A stretch of DNA of 64,000 nucleotides from Octopus vulgaris (GCA_951406725.2 OX597817.1:142228001-142292000), one strand, 5' to 3'; counted from the stretch's first letter, positions 10,769 through 24,716 are shown. Notes: generated by a model from the sequence alone, not told the origin. A program made the numbers and translations.

Positions 10769-12558
10769 GGAATACATAAAAATAATAATTTAAAAAACAA
10801 TCATAAATTTCATTTGCCAAAATATTTTTACCGCTTTGAGACCGCGACCTGTTCACTGACAAAATTCCGTGCTCATAAATTTGAAATGTGTAAAATGAAT
10901 GGTGCGATAGGGTCATTTAATATTTCTTAAGATTTCACCACCGAAATTTGTACCAATGAGGAATGAAGCTGTTTAGTTTTGTTATTTTGCAACAGCAGTA
11001 CATAACATGCACGCATCATGTCACATATATAGTTATCTGCCCATGAAACTGTAATTCGTTTATGCAATAGTTTAACCCCAGGTCAATTTAATCCAGAAAA
11101 CTTGTGATGGGAAGCATTTCTACCGAGGACATTATCTTTAATTTTTGAGGTACCTGTATTTCAAATGTTTAATTAATTAACACCTATTGTATATGCACAG
11201 TGGTATGAAACAGCCAATAAAGAGATGGCAATCCATATGAATGGGGTTTCCAAAATAGCTGATGAAAAGATGATAGTTATATGTAAGTGAATACTGAGGC
11301 AATGTTAAATGTAATGAGCAGGAACCAATGACGATACCTCAACGCGAGCAGTCTATTTGCTAGAAATAGATGTCCCATCTGCTTCAAACGAATCTCAACG
11401 ATTTTTGAAGACAGCTTTTCGGTTAACGTAGCTCTGAACCGGACTTGAAGGGTAATCAGTGGCTTGACTGCCATTTATCAACGGTCTATTCCATTAGGCT
11501 AACGTGGGATTAAACAACAACAGTAGCAAGAATAAATTTTAGTTCATATAACAATGTATTTTCAGCCAAAGGTTTTTATTTGTGGATTCGCGTATACCAA
11601 GGCTTAGAAATATATGATTTATCTAAGAGGAATTATCGAGCAGTTTCTACAACATATGGATAATCTACGTTTATCCATCTACTGTACGATTGTTACTAGA
11701 GACAGATTGGTAACATTTGTCACATTTATATCGAGACAATTGAAGAAGTTATTATCTCAAGTTGGCTCTTGACATTTGCATTTTCGATTCTCTGATTTCA
11801 GCCGCAAGTGCCCCCAAACAGGTAAATTTCATACAGGAAAATAAATCACAACTGACAGCCCAGCAACTACTTTCGATTTTTGCATTTGCGTAAGTCGAGC
11901 GTTTGCTTTTGCCATTCCTTGAGAGAATATCTCATCAACATTACGTCCATGACAGGCGACGCCATTTACATGAGATTACAAGAGGGCAATGGCCGCCATC
12001 GACCGTTCGATAATAAATTACAAAGATTTAGGAAAACTCTTCTGGTGTGTGATAATAATATTTGTCTCCACTTCTTTTAGAGTTACTTTCATTACACAAA
12101 GCGAAAGAAAGAACTGGAATGTCTATTATATAATGAGAAATGGCGCTTTTTAAACAACAAGACAATAAACTGATTTCAAACTTGAGAAACTAATGTCTGA
12201 CTTCTGCATCGAAAAAGAAGCAACAGCAGATAAGAATAGTAATCATGTGATCATGCGAGATGCTTCTTCTTCTTCTCAATGTGTCTACAAAGATACACTA
12301 TGCACACAACATGAATATACATAAGACCATACATATATGCATATATATATATATATACAGGTGCACACATAAAAACACACATATATGCACACGCATATAC
12401 ATACATATATATAAATATATATATATATATTCGAATACATTTACATCAGCTGACCTTGAATTTCTCTTGTAGCCCCTCTTGATTCCAGGAACCCTGTCCT
12501 GGATGAAAATCTTAGCACTGTAACATGTTTCCTATACTGAGCATATCTAGCTCTCACC

Positions 12559-12650
<92 letters not shown>

Positions 12651-12997
12651 GATCGTGGGTACCCGAGATCTTTTATACAATATATTCTACACAATGCTTC
12701 ACAGTAAATATATATATGTGCATGTTTGTGTGTGTGTGTGCGTGTGTGTGTGTGTGTGTGTGTTTGTGTGTGAGAGTGTTTTTGTGTCTTTATAGTTACG
12801 TAGGTATAAATGATACAAATTGCAAGGATCAGATAATGACGTAGAAAAAGAATAAAGATTAAACGATATATATATTAATAGTTATCGCCATACTAATATG
12901 GCAGTCTATAAATAAGACTAAAGCTGTCGCTGATTAGCTCCAAGAGGCCATCGCCTCTAGCTAGCTATATGACATACGAACCTGCGTCCATTACAAC

Positions 12998-13127
12998 CTT
13001 CGAACAGGGAGGTCAGCCGCTTCACCTTGCTAGTCAGACATCTGCAGACATGTTTCAGGGTTGTTGCACTTTATCAATGCAGCGTAGTCAGAACCAGCAG
13101 GTGTCGCTACTGACCGTCTGTTCGAAG
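12998..13127 (-). ncRNA. Rod-like hairpin tipped by a type I HHR (13042-13082) with U3-A8 core
   Basis: Minus strand: ctgca-TTGATAA-agtg(caacaa)ccct-GAAA-catg-TC-tgcag; outer arms cttcgaacag..ggtcag / ctgacc..ctgttcgaag and caccttgct / agcaggtg. Confidence 0.75.
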
Positions 13128-13244
13128 ATTTTATTTACCTAGTTACATTCATTGCAGAGAGACATTTTGAGCAACCTGTATTACCCTCGCCTGAATTAGG
13201 ATCCTATGAAGGCCAATCACGCAATATCAATATTCTTCTTTTCT

Positions 13245-13443
13245 TTATTCCTTTATTCTTTTATTTGTTTCAGTGATTCGACTGCGGCCATGCTGGAGCA
13301 TCATCTTTAGTCGAACAAATCGATCCCAGGACTTATTCTTTGGAAGCCTAGTACTTATTTCATCGGTCTCTTTTACCGAACACACCAGCATCGATTGTTA
13401 AGCGATGGTGGGCGGAGAAACACAGACACACAAATATACACAT

Positions 13444-13474
<31 letters not shown>

Positions 13475-13503
13475 AACATACACACACACATACACACACA
13501 CAT

Positions 13504-13538
<35 letters not shown>

Positions 13539-13702
13539 CGACGGGCTTCTTTCAGTTTCCGTTTATCAAATCCACTGACAAGGCTTTGGTCGGCCCGAGG
13601 CTATAGTAGAAGACACTTGCCCAAGTTGCCACGCAGCGGGATTGGACCTGGAACCATATGGTCGGTAAGCAAGCTACTTACCACACAGCCACTCCTGCGC
13701 CT
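13245..13702 (-). mobile_element. SINE family A, full length
   Basis: Tail, (CA)n(TA)n and head ending ccacacagccactcctgcgcct. Confidence 0.9.
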
Positions 13703-14424
13703 ATATGCGACATAATATGAACTACGAACCCATAAATCAAACTAATCTATCAATAAACAAAAGGAAATATAAACAGGTTCTACCCTCCCGCCCCCCGCCC
13801 GAGGTCAAGAACACAATTCGGCAGAGGAGCATCCTATATTTTTCACAGCCATGAACGGGTGCTAGTGAAGTCCGGCAGAAGTCATTGTGTCTTCAGGTAG
13901 CTTCTGTTTTGTAGTATTCTTTGTGATTTACTGTCATGGTTTGGTGTATTGCCCGCCATGTATTTCCGGTTCAAACGTGTGTATACTTGTAAAATAATAT
14001 GAAGCGCTCTGTATAACGAAATTAAATAAGATAGAAGAGAAATAGATGTTACAGTATTGTTGATGATTATTTGGTGCTAAAGCTTATAGTGTGGTGGGAA
14101 ATGTTGTCTTCATAGTTCCTGTGCATTATCGGTAACTTTTGCTCTGAGCACTATGTTAACCGTTAGTGCTCGTAACACAGGTATAGCGGTCGTAATGTTT
14201 TCATCACCCAATCAACATATCGGTTATCTCCGAAAGTATGACAATAAGTCTGCACCCAATCCGATTGTTTTGGCGGCATGGTCTTGTAGAAATTGGAACA
14301 TATTTCACAATGAACGAATTCTTATATGTAAAAATGAGCTTAGGTTTAATTGAAAATTTATATTTTAGGAAAGATTTAGGCTTCACTGCTATTTCAAACA
14401 AATTCAATGACCCCAGTTAAGTGT

Positions 14425-14887
14425 TAATTAACAGGGGTCCGTATGACACTTAGGGGTCCATATAAGATTTTTTTCGTTAAAATTTATGTGCAATAAATTT
14501 GTTTTAAAATACAAGAAGTATTTTAATAATTGTTTGCACAATTCCGAATAATATTCAATAATACAAAAATAGTAAGGCAGCGAGCTGGCAGAAAGATTAG
14601 CAAGCCGGGCGAAATGCTTAGCGGAATTCTGTCTGTCTTTACGTTCTGAGTTCAAATTCCGCTGAGGTCGACTTTGCCTTTCATCCTTTCGGGGTCGGTA
14701 AATTAACTACCTGTTGCGTACTGGGGTCGATCTAATCGACTGGCCTCCACCCCAAAAATTTCGAGCCTTGTGCCTAGAGTAGAAAAGAATAATAAAAATA
14801 TAATGATATTTTTTAAACATCGACTGGTTATGAATAAAATAGGAACCAACGGCGTCCATTGGAAAAACAAATGGCTGAGAACCACGG
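14425..14887 (+). mobile_element. Old hAT-type MITE interrupted by SINE D (14575-14790)
   Basis: ggggtccgtatgacac left part and ggctgagaaccacgg right end resemble the element at 60570-60901. Confidence 0.5.
14575..14790 (+). mobile_element. SINE family D (alternative tail)
   Basis: aaggcagcgagctggcagaa...gaggtcgactttgcctttcatcctttcggggtc...cccaaaaatttcgagccttgtgcct. Confidence 0.85.
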
Positions 14888-15515
14888 ACCAGTAGGCTTC
14901 TTCCTTCAACACCAGAAAATTATTTCAAAGATATCAAGAATCACATCTAATGAAGTTTACTTAGTTTTGAATACTGCACAATAAAACATAAGATTGCTGC
15001 AATAAAATGCCAAGTCTATTCATCCGATACGATGCCGAGAGTCATATCTTTTATAACGAATCAATTTTATATCAGTAAACGTTTTCATCATAATACATAT
15101 CGATGCGATAAAAGTGTCATATAAACTAATTTTATTTAATAGCAATGGCGTTTGTGCTTTTTGTGACCTTCGTGGTTTGGAAAAAGCTAACTTTCAACTT
15201 CCCCTGACAATTTAGTAGACGTGCTTAATTATCGATTTCTTATGTTTGCAGAGAATCTGAAAGTTTTAGGATTTGCAGCTATAAAACTGGAAATTTCATG
15301 ATGTCTATAATGAATATTGTTAGTGAAATGAAATGTTGGTGTGGCTGTCTCGACAGAAATTCGACTTTCCAAGTCGTGATAAAATGGCAGATGCAACTTT
15401 ATGTCGAATTCACTTGAGATTTGAAATTCAGAACAGAACATGAACATGTGGTTGGTGCCAGAGAAAAGTTTGACAGGGTTAACTTCCATTTAATTGTTAT
15501 ATGGTTCCCCGTCGT

Positions 15516-15747
15516 AAGGCGGCGAGCTGGCAGACACGTTAGCGCGCCGGGCGAAATGCTTAGCGGTATTTCGTCTGTCGTTACGTTCTGAGTTCAAATT
15601 CCGCCGAGGTCGACTTTGCCTTTCATCCTTTCGGGGTCGATAAATGAAGTACCATTTTCGCTCTGGGGTCGATGTAATCGACTTAATACCTTTGTCTGTC
15701 CTTGTTTGTCTCCTCTATATTTAGCCCCTTGTGGGCAATAAAGAAAT
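15516..15747 (+). mobile_element. SINE family D with ~17-bp TSD
   Basis: Near-consensus copy flanked by tatatggttccccgtcg / tatacggttccccatcg. Confidence 0.9.
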
Positions 15748-16693
15748 ATATACGGTTCCCCATCGAAAACATTGCTATACTAGAGGAACCTAGTGTCCTC
15801 TTATTGGGTGGAAGACTTCCCCTTGAAGAACACCTCTTGGCATTGGGTACTTTTAAAAGTGTTCACAATTTTGCAAACATTCCGACTGTGTTTGTTTCCT
15901 AAATATATTAAGGGTTTCATTCTTTCTTCCCTTCTCTCTACTCTCTCTCTCTTTCTATCTCTCTCAGGCATATTACAATATTCTCTTTCTGTTGGCTAAG
16001 CCACAAAATTAAATATACTTCAAAAACAAAGTATAAGAACTTCAATGAAGACTACGAAGCGAAATCAAATCACTGGAGATATTTTCAATATATTTGTAGC
16101 AATTTTATGGTGAATAAATAAAAGATGTTATTGTTCTCACTAAACAATTCAATGAATCTAATTTCACCTATTTTTCTCTATCATGAATAAACTTGATGAA
16201 TATACTTCTAGATCAAACGTTGTTTTTTTGTCTCTTTAGTTTTTACAAAACTAAACTGCACCAGTGGTTAGTACCTAACCTCGAGATCAAAGAATTTGCT
16301 TTCATATCAAACAGGTTAGTAAATCTGCTATAAAATAATAATTAATATGAAATAACTAATATATCACACGTGGGGTACTCTTGCACTTTCCTTCATAAAC
16401 ATACTAAAATATCACAAAAATATGTCTATAAAATATACGTCGAAGGCGGAAGTAATTAATACATTCGGCAATAAAACATTCGCAAGACGGAATCGATTAT
16501 AAACCTGTCATATTTGGGAAACATTACCATAAAATTGAACTTTGTGTCTGTTCTGTTTAGCCCACAACTTTTTACTTTAGACAATAACTTCTCGGAATTG
16601 TTCCTCTGTATATTGTACGTGTACCAAAAAAATGCTTTATATTTTCACAATTGTACATAGTCATATCGTTATAAAATATTTTATACAAATATA

Positions 16694-16763
<70 letters not shown>

Positions 16764-16790
16764 ATTTATACACTTATGCAATGCATGCAC

Positions 16791-16824
<34 letters not shown>

Positions 16825-17029
16825 TTATATTAAAGAGTCATACACACACTCAAACACACACATGCACTCGCAGACACACACACACATACCTTGACAGCAA
16901 GACAGTAAACAGATAGATAGATCGATTGAGATGTACTTATAATATGATATATGAATATGAGATCAAATTGAGTGTTTATGTATATACACACCGACGCGAG
17001 TGTGTAAAAATATACACGTACGTAAGTAT

Positions 17030-17070
17030 AAGTATATACATATAAATATATATATACATACATACATACA

Positions 17071-17124
<54 letters not shown>

Positions 17125-17274
17125 TAGATATATATATATATATACATAGATATATATATATATACATATATATGTACATATATATTACATATATATATAC
17201 ATATATATGTACATATATATATATACATATATATACATATATATATACATATATATATATACATATATATATAC

Positions 17275-17360
<86 letters not shown>

Positions 17361-17809
17361 GAGTAGATACATATGTTTACAAGCATGTTTTTATTTCATC
17401 TTAATCATCAATCAAAGCATAACCGATGTCTGCCAAAACATTTTGCTCTGATGCAATAAACGTAGGCAAATTTCAAAAGAACGTCCAGATCAAAGGTTTT
17501 TACTCTGGTGATGTATTGATGCTATGGAGGCCCATCTACACCGTTTCCTCTATTTTCCTGTTGTAGACTCTAATACATCAAATGACAATTAGATCCGACG
17601 TCTGAAAGAAACTTTTTAAAATCGATTGTTTCCCATTATTGTGTGCTATCCTTTGGAGAATATTCTCTTTTATTACTGGAAATCTAGTTATTTAATAATA
17701 CTTATGGATCCAACCTTTTAAACGGCATTCATCTATCATTCTATATTCATCGTTTTGCATCATAATCCCAAGCAAATGCCGTGATATCTATATCTATCTA
17801 TCGTCTATA

Positions 17810-17877
<68 letters not shown>

Positions 17878-17892
17878 GATCGATCTATCTAA

Positions 17893-17944
<52 letters not shown>

Positions 17945-17971
17945 ATCTATCTAGATGTTAATCTACACACT

Positions 17972-18002
<31 letters not shown>

Positions 18003-18425
18003 GTATGTGTATATATATAAAGATATATATATATGTACATATATATATATATATATGTATATATGTATATATATATGTATATGTATGTATATATGAATGT
18101 ATATATATATATATATGTATATGTATATATGTATATATATGTATATATGTATATATGTATATATATATGTATATATATATATGTATATATATATATATAC
18201 CTATATATATATACATAAATATATATATACATAAATATATATATACCTATATATACATAAATATATATATATACCTATATATATATACATAAATATATAT
18301 ATATACATATATATATACCTATATATATATATACATAAATATATATATACCTATATATATATATACATAAATATATATACATACATATATATATACATAT
18401 ATGTATATATATATATATACATACA

Positions 18426-18459
<34 letters not shown>

Positions 18460-18587
18460 CCTATATATATACATATATATATTTACATATATACATATAT
18501 GTATATACATATATGTATATATATACATACATATATATATATACATATATATATACATGTATGTACATATATATATATGTACATATA

Positions 18588-18619
<32 letters not shown>

Positions 18620-18638
18620 CATATATACGCACATATAT

Positions 18639-18685
<47 letters not shown>
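17030..18685. repeat. Large degenerate (TA)n / (TCTA)n microsatellite fields
   Basis: Seen directly: (TA)n variants 17030-17360 and 17990-18685, (TCTA)n 17785-17955. Confidence 0.95.
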
Positions 18686-18687
<2 letters not shown>

Positions 18688-19479
18688 CTGCTTTCTCGTA
18701 TACGAACAAACCCATTGTAGAAAGAAGCATTGAAATGAGTCATTGATGATGCAATGTGAGGGAGGCCTTATATGACTTTTGAGCTTGGCCAAAGTTTTGC
18801 GCATTCTATTGCACAATACATTGCCGCGCTGCCTGGCAGAATGAACAGGGGCCACACTATGAAATCTTTTGACAAGCCCTTTGAATCCTCCAACTGAAAG
18901 TCACTCCTTTCCATGGGTTGCACATGTTCTGTTGTGAACAATAACCGTATCACAATTTACAAGTGAAAAATTAAAGAATGGCTATAAGTGACGTGGATGT
19001 AGTTGAGAGAAGTGATAGTAGGAGTGTAGAATCAATGATTCTGTGAAGTCGTTTGAGGTGGGGTGGACATCTAATGAACGATGAAAAACTTGCTTAGCAA
19101 CTTTCGTATGGAGAGGTGGAAGATGGTAGGAGGCCAGCACATAAACCCAAAACAAGGTTCAAGGACAGCCTCAAAATTGCTCTGACACTGATAGGAGTTT
19201 CAGTTTTTGATTGGAAGAGGGAGGCATAAGGGAGAAATGGACGGAGGAAGAGAAAGTACAGTGGTTGTTCCAAGTTTGAAAGAGAGAGAGAGAGAGAGAG
19301 AGAGAGAAGCAAGCACGAGAAGATCAAGAGAGGGCTTAGAAGGAATGGACCTGTAGAAAATTCCGGTTGTTTTTTACGTATATGATCTGTGGAAGGAAAT
19401 GCTTGAGTGATGCATGCCATCTCAGCCAATAGGGAACTCACAGCAATCAATCCCTTGGAAATTTATATTTATATTTATA

Positions 19480-19673
19480 TGTCCCAACGTTCGAAACGTG
19501 GAGTAGATAAAACAGAAGACAACTGATGAAGGGATTGTTCTTTGTGTTGCCTGTCTCGTTTCTCTATTTGTTTCATTCGTTGTTTGAAAAAAGTTTGACT
19601 TCCATGACTTTGTTTTTATGTTCCCTTTTTTCATTTTGTTCACGTCTTTTTTGACGTCCTCTACCTATATGAA

Positions 19674-19680
<7 letters not shown>
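19480..19680 (+). mobile_element. Interspersed repeat ending at (TA)n, probable pLTR 3' end; second copy at 58430-58640
   Basis: Shared acgtggagtag...aactga(t/a)gaag...tgtctcgtttctct...ttcgttgtttgaaaaaag...; both copies run into (TA)n. Confidence 0.6.
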
Positions 19681-19727
<47 letters not shown>

Positions 19728-19825
19728 TATGTATATATAGGTATGTATATATATATGTATATATATATGCATATATATATTACTTATATATATTTTATAA
19801 ATATACATATATAAATATATATATA

Positions 19826-19889
19826 TGGTGGTGCTATTAAGTTAGACATGGCCTGGGCCAATAATGGCCGAAACCTATCAAAGTATCAT
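19826..19889 (+). mobile_element. Extreme 3' end of the CR1/L2-type LINE seen at 22728-23180
   Basis: tgctattaagttagacatggcc shared with 23141-23163; terminal stem-loop ggcc(aataat)ggcc. Confidence 0.65.
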
Positions 19890-19928
19890 ATATATATATA
19901 TATTTATGTTTTATATATTTATATATAC

Positions 19929-20005
<77 letters not shown>

Positions 20006-20338
20006 TATGTACATATATGTATGTATATATGCATATATATATTATTTATATATACAGTTGCGGTCAAAATGTTCAGAACGGCATTGTTTTCGTCAGAAAC
20101 GTAGGTATAAGTTTTTATCAAAGTTGTTTTATATTCTATAATTTTCACAGACAATAAATACAATATTAATTGTTTTACTGCGAAACCCATGGCGGCCAAA
20201 ATGATCAGAACGTTTGCTTTTACTCCATGTAAATATTTAGTATATTTAACCGTCGAACTCTAATGTCTTGAAATTGTTTACGTGACAGTTCGTTTACTAA
20301 GCATTAGTAAGAATATCTGCAGTGTACTTTGTTAATAT

Positions 20339-20608
20339 CTGCAGTGTACTTTCTTGAGCAAGGCACTTTATTTCACGTTGCTCCAGTTCACTCAACTGTA
20401 GAAATGAGTTGCGACGTCACAGGTGCCAAGCTGTATCGACCTTTGTCTTTCCCTTGGATAACACTGGTGGCGTGGAGAGGGGAGGCCGGTATGCATGGGC
20501 GACTGCTGGTCTTCCATAAACAACCTTGCCCGGACTTGTGTCTAGGAGGGTAACTTTCTAGGTGCAATCCCATGGTCATTCATGACCGAAGGGGGTCTTT
20601 ACCTTTTT
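20339..20608 (+). mobile_element. 5'-truncated SINE family B inserted in the Tc1 5' region, 14-bp TSD
   Basis: tactttgttaatat at 20325-20338 and 20609-20622; body matches 2600-2849. Confidence 0.9.
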
Positions 20609-20623
20609 TACTTTGTTAATATA

Positions 20624-21635
20624 ATGCCACTTACTCCGTTACCAATTCGTCAGCAGATTATTAAGCTTCGAAAGAAGGATAATTTAAGTATTAGGTCTAT
20701 TGCAAAGACTGTTAGCAAGTCAAAAAGTGTTGTTCACTGTATTCTTAAGGTCTACGACGATTGTGGTTCGTGTGAAGCAAGAAAGTCTACAGGTAGGCCA
20801 AGAAAACCGACCAAGAGAGAAGATCGTGCTATGGTAAAGTTGGTTAAAAAGGACATATTTAAAACTGCTGCTGCTGTTTTTCGGGAAATGAGCATTGTAC
20901 TGAAGAAAACTTTATCTCGAAAAACTGTGTCTCGTCCTTTAGTTGAACATGACCTACAAGCAAGAGCACCTGCAGTGAAGCCACTGATCAGCTCCAAGAA
21001 TAAAAAGTGTCGTCTTACCTTTGCAACCGAACATGTGTTGTGGTCTCAGGAAAAATGGCAAACGGTGCATTTCAGTGATGAATCTAAGTCTGTTATTTGG
21101 CTCAGATGGGAAAAGGTACGTTCGTCGAAAAGCAGGTGAAAAATTGTCACCTAAATGCCTTAAGACTAGTGTTAAATTCGGTGGAGGAAGTGTCATGGTT
21201 TGGGGGATGATATCTGGAGATGGTGTGGGCCCTTTGCTGCGATTACATGGAAAGGTAAATGCAGGAGTTTATAAACAACTTGTAAAATATCATGTCTTGC
21301 CTGTGCTGAGAAATTCAACTAAGCGACCACCCATATTCATGCAGGACAATGCCCCATGTCACAAGGCTAAGGTGGTCATGAACTTCCTCAAGGCCGAAAA
21401 GATTATTGTTATGGATTGGACTACTCAAAGCCCAGACCTCAATCCTATTGAAAATGTGTGTAATATTCTCGGAGAACGTTTGAAAGCCAGAAATCCTAAA
21501 ACAACCGAGCAATTATGGAATGCCCTTCAGGAAGAATGGAATAAGATCATCCAGCAAGAAATTAAAAATTTAATTTCCCCATGCAGTCAAAAATGTCAAA
21601 CTTTGATTGAAGCTAAAGGGCTTCACACTAAATAT
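20624..21635 (+). pseudogene. Tc1 DD34E transposase with one frameshift near 21090
   Basis: HTH N-terminus, GRPRK, WQTVHFSDESK | FGSDG, FMQDNAPCH, SPDLNPIEN (34 residues between second D and E), GLHTKY; split over ORFs 20582-21139 and 21021-21668. Confidence 0.93.
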
Positions 21636-22727
21636 GAAATAATTCCAGCATTCTCTGTCACTTTTTGATTATTTTGTTATTTTTTCAACCGTTCTGATCA
21701 TTTTGGCCACCATGGGTTTTGCAGTAAATCACTATATCATCCATAACTTTTGTATTATCCAGTCAAATTACACCAAAATCTCAGACAATACCAATTTAAT
21801 ATTGGGATAATTATAGAATATAAAACAACTTTAATAAAAACTTATACCTACTTTTCTGACGAAAACAATGCCGTTCTGTACATTTTGGCCGCAACTGTAT
21901 GTATGTATATATATATATTTATATTTTGTATATATATATATGTATGTGTGTGTGTGTGTGTATGTGTGTGATTTTTAACACTCGGTGTTTGTTTCTAATT
22001 GAACCGTAGAATATCCAAATGGTCACCTAGTTACAATTATTAGAATTTCTGTTCTTTCTTACGGACGAAACCGAAATATGGGAATATAGAAATACTATTT
22101 CTATCTGCATGTAATTTAATCTAGCTAACTATACAGCATACGGCGAGAAAAAAAAATTAAAAGTCAAATTCACCCATCGTATTAGGCGCTTTAACATCAG
22201 AAGCACGGTACGAAGCGTCTTAAATCACGCTGTTACGCGAAGACGACAAACGATAAGACATTACTCACACGAAGATACCATTTGTGTATGTTAACTAGTA
22301 CCACACCAATGCCCGTGTAAAATATGGAATGTATTTTTATGTCTGCTGCGCTATGTATATTGATTAGAATTTTCGTTACGAAATACCGAAGAAATCATTG
22401 AAAATCTAAAAATTGTTTGAATTCAATGAAATATTTATAAATATCATACGATTCAATAAGAAACGATTTCTGAACATTCTGTGTTTCGATTAATCAATAT
22501 AGATTTGCAATTACGATCTTTCCTTTTATTCTTTACCTGTTTCAGTCATTAGACCTCGGCCATGCTGGGACGTCGCCTTGAAGAGGTTTTTTTTCCTTTT
22601 TCTTAAGCATACAATATTTTGTATCTGTTTCATTTTGCCTAACCACTAATTAACGGGAGCGAAAACACACCAACACCGGTTGTCTAGAAATGGGTAGACA
22701 CACACACACATGACGTCTTTCAGTTTC

Positions 22728-23180
22728 ATTGAAACTCTATCTTCTCCAGCACCGCCGTGAGCGATACATCTTTCGCACAATATGGAGAATATACCCGCAG
22801 CATTGCCCAAACGACCACAACATTAGCTTCAAAATTCATCCAAGGCTAAGACCACGGGCCATACGTGCCCAACCCAGTTCAGAATCACAACACATGATTA
22901 CACTGCAACACAGTTTCTTTTCCTCAATAGGCGCCGCCCTATTTAGCATTGTCACGGGAACAGATCAAAGAGGAAAAGGATCCCATTACCTTTAAACGGA
23001 ATCTGGACAAATTTCTTCAAGGAATCCCAGATAAGCCACTTATACCTGGATACAACTCAATCAACAAGACCGCTCAACTTGAAAGGACCATGATACCACA
23101 AAACTTGACTTAAAAAGCATTTACATAATCCTATCACATGTTGCTATTAAGTTAGACATGGCCCCTGGATCAATCAATGA
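22728..23180 (+). pseudogene. CR1/L2-type LINE 3' end (ORF2 C-terminus + 3' UTR)
   Basis: LKLYLLQHRRERYIFRTIWRI...GAALFSIV, then (frameshift) IKEEKDPITFKRNLDKFLQGIPDKPLIPGY. Confidence 0.75.
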
Positions 23181-23229
23181 TATATATATCACTGGAATTG
23201 ACTGACATTTCTTAATCGTATGCAACCTA

Positions 23230-23385
23230 TTTTCTCTCCCTGTTTATTTCTTTGTTCGTTTGTGTCGAAGAGCGTAGATTCGAAACGTAAAAGATTGTCT
23301 CACTTCCCGAGCGTTAAAGTAATACATCTGTTTGTTGTTTACACACCCGTCTTCGTCTTACATTTTTCTTTGTAAATTCTCACTA
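23230..23385 (+). mobile_element. pLTR fragment with degenerate HHR (23257-23294), same family as 6148-6340
   Basis: ttt-gTGTCGA-a-gagcgtagattc-GAAA-cg-TA-aaaga; ends in tatatat. Confidence 0.65.
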
Positions 23386-24092
23386 TATATAATATATATA
23401 TCACAAATATTCTTTCAGTTTCTGTTTCTCAAATCCACCTACGAGGCTATTGTAAGATACATTTGTTCAAGGTGCCCAGGCAGAGGGACTGAACTCTAAA
23501 CTCTGAGGCTGGAAAACAAACTTCTTACCACATAGCCACGCCTGCACCCACTTGAAGAATTTTGAAAAGTCTTTGTATAACATTTCCGTTTTGAAAATAA
23601 CCATTTCTTACTGAGCTGAAGTTAGAATTTCATGGCAAAAAAGCAAGCATATCTCGTGAGGAAATAAAAAGACTTGTGATCCATTTCGATTGCATACGAT
23701 TAAGAAATGTCAATCAATTCCAGTGATTAGATTTTTAAGAGATAATTAAATATTCATTGATTGATGGCATGTCAGGCCCCTCGTTGGTTGATTGGCTTAC
23801 AATAAACATCTTCCTTTCATGATTCAAAGGAGAATAATGCGCTGAGGTGAAATGTCTTTTTTTGTTCTCGAGGCCCATACGCATATTTTAGCTGCATAAT
23901 AAAACCTACTGAGACGAGTCATTTGCAACGATTATATTTAGCTTCGTCTTCAGCCTGGTCACCCACAGATAAGACATTTCTATAATAATGAATTCATTTC
24001 AAACGCACCTGCTAAGTAGAGTCATTAAGCACTGACGTAGTTAGACAAACAGAGACACAGAGTAATGGAGAGATATAGCCTTAATTACACAG

Positions 24093-24135
<43 letters not shown>

Positions 24136-24215
24136 AAAGTAAGTAGATAGATGGATAGAGAGAGAGAGAGATAGACAGAGAGAAAGGTAGATAGATAGAG
24201 AGAGAGAAAGAAAGG

Positions 24216-24258
<43 letters not shown>

Positions 24259-24405
24259 TGAGATAGTGAGATACATATAGTTAGATACATGTGTGTGTGT
24301 GTGTGATAGTGTACACATTGGGACCCAAATATATATACATATACAGTCAAACATGTATGTATATAGCTATCTCTGTATCTACCTCTTTCTCTTTCTCTAA
24401 CTCTC

Positions 24406-24443
<38 letters not shown>

Positions 24444-24459
24444 CTCTACATGTGTATAC

Positions 24460-24501
<42 letters not shown>

Positions 24502-24507
<6 letters not shown>

Positions 24508-24626
24508 TTTATTTAAAAGCAGCAGCTTTTGTTATATTTCTGCTGCTTTTAAATAGAGTATATTGCTCTACCTCTGGTATGTGAGTACACTTTTTCCACC
24601 TCGTTTCACATTTAGGTGCTTACTCC

Positions 24627-24628
<2 letters not shown>
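24502..24628 (+). mobile_element. Short (TA)n-embedded element with 24-bp fold-back 5' end
   Basis: atatactttatttaaaagcagcag / ctgctgcttttaaatagagtatat (1 mismatch, 14-nt loop); 3' part matches 47706-47761; (TA)n both sides. Confidence 0.7.

Positions 24629-24716
<88 letters not shown>

Larger units (their letters stand above)
20055..21897 (+). mobile_element. Tc1-family DNA transposon, IR/DR type, TA TSD
   Basis: ~88-bp outer inverted repeats (cagttgcggtcaaaatgttcagaacggc... / ...gccgttctgtacattttggccgcaactg); inner repeats 20174-20211 / 21690-21728 repeat the terminal ccaaaatg.tcagaacg motif; TA on both sides. Confidence 0.95.
22520..23550 (-). mobile_element. SINE family A split by nested LINE and pLTR insertions
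   Basis: Tail 22520-22727, head 23411-23550; tctttcagtttc duplicated on both sides of the inserted block. Confidence 0.7.

Noticed and set aside
11802-11821. Possible micro-exon (tttcag|20 nt|gtaaat); similar lone acceptor at ~60403
   Set aside because: Isolated splice-like signals are expected by chance in 64 kb; needs RNA-seq
18690-18950. Possible second GIY-YIG remnant on the minus strand
   Set aside because: Only vague similarity (CSFC, KLKSH); key motifs absent
19490-19535. GAAAC...CTGATGA order suggesting a permuted hammerhead (also ~58457)
   Set aside because: Could not build the required stems in either copy
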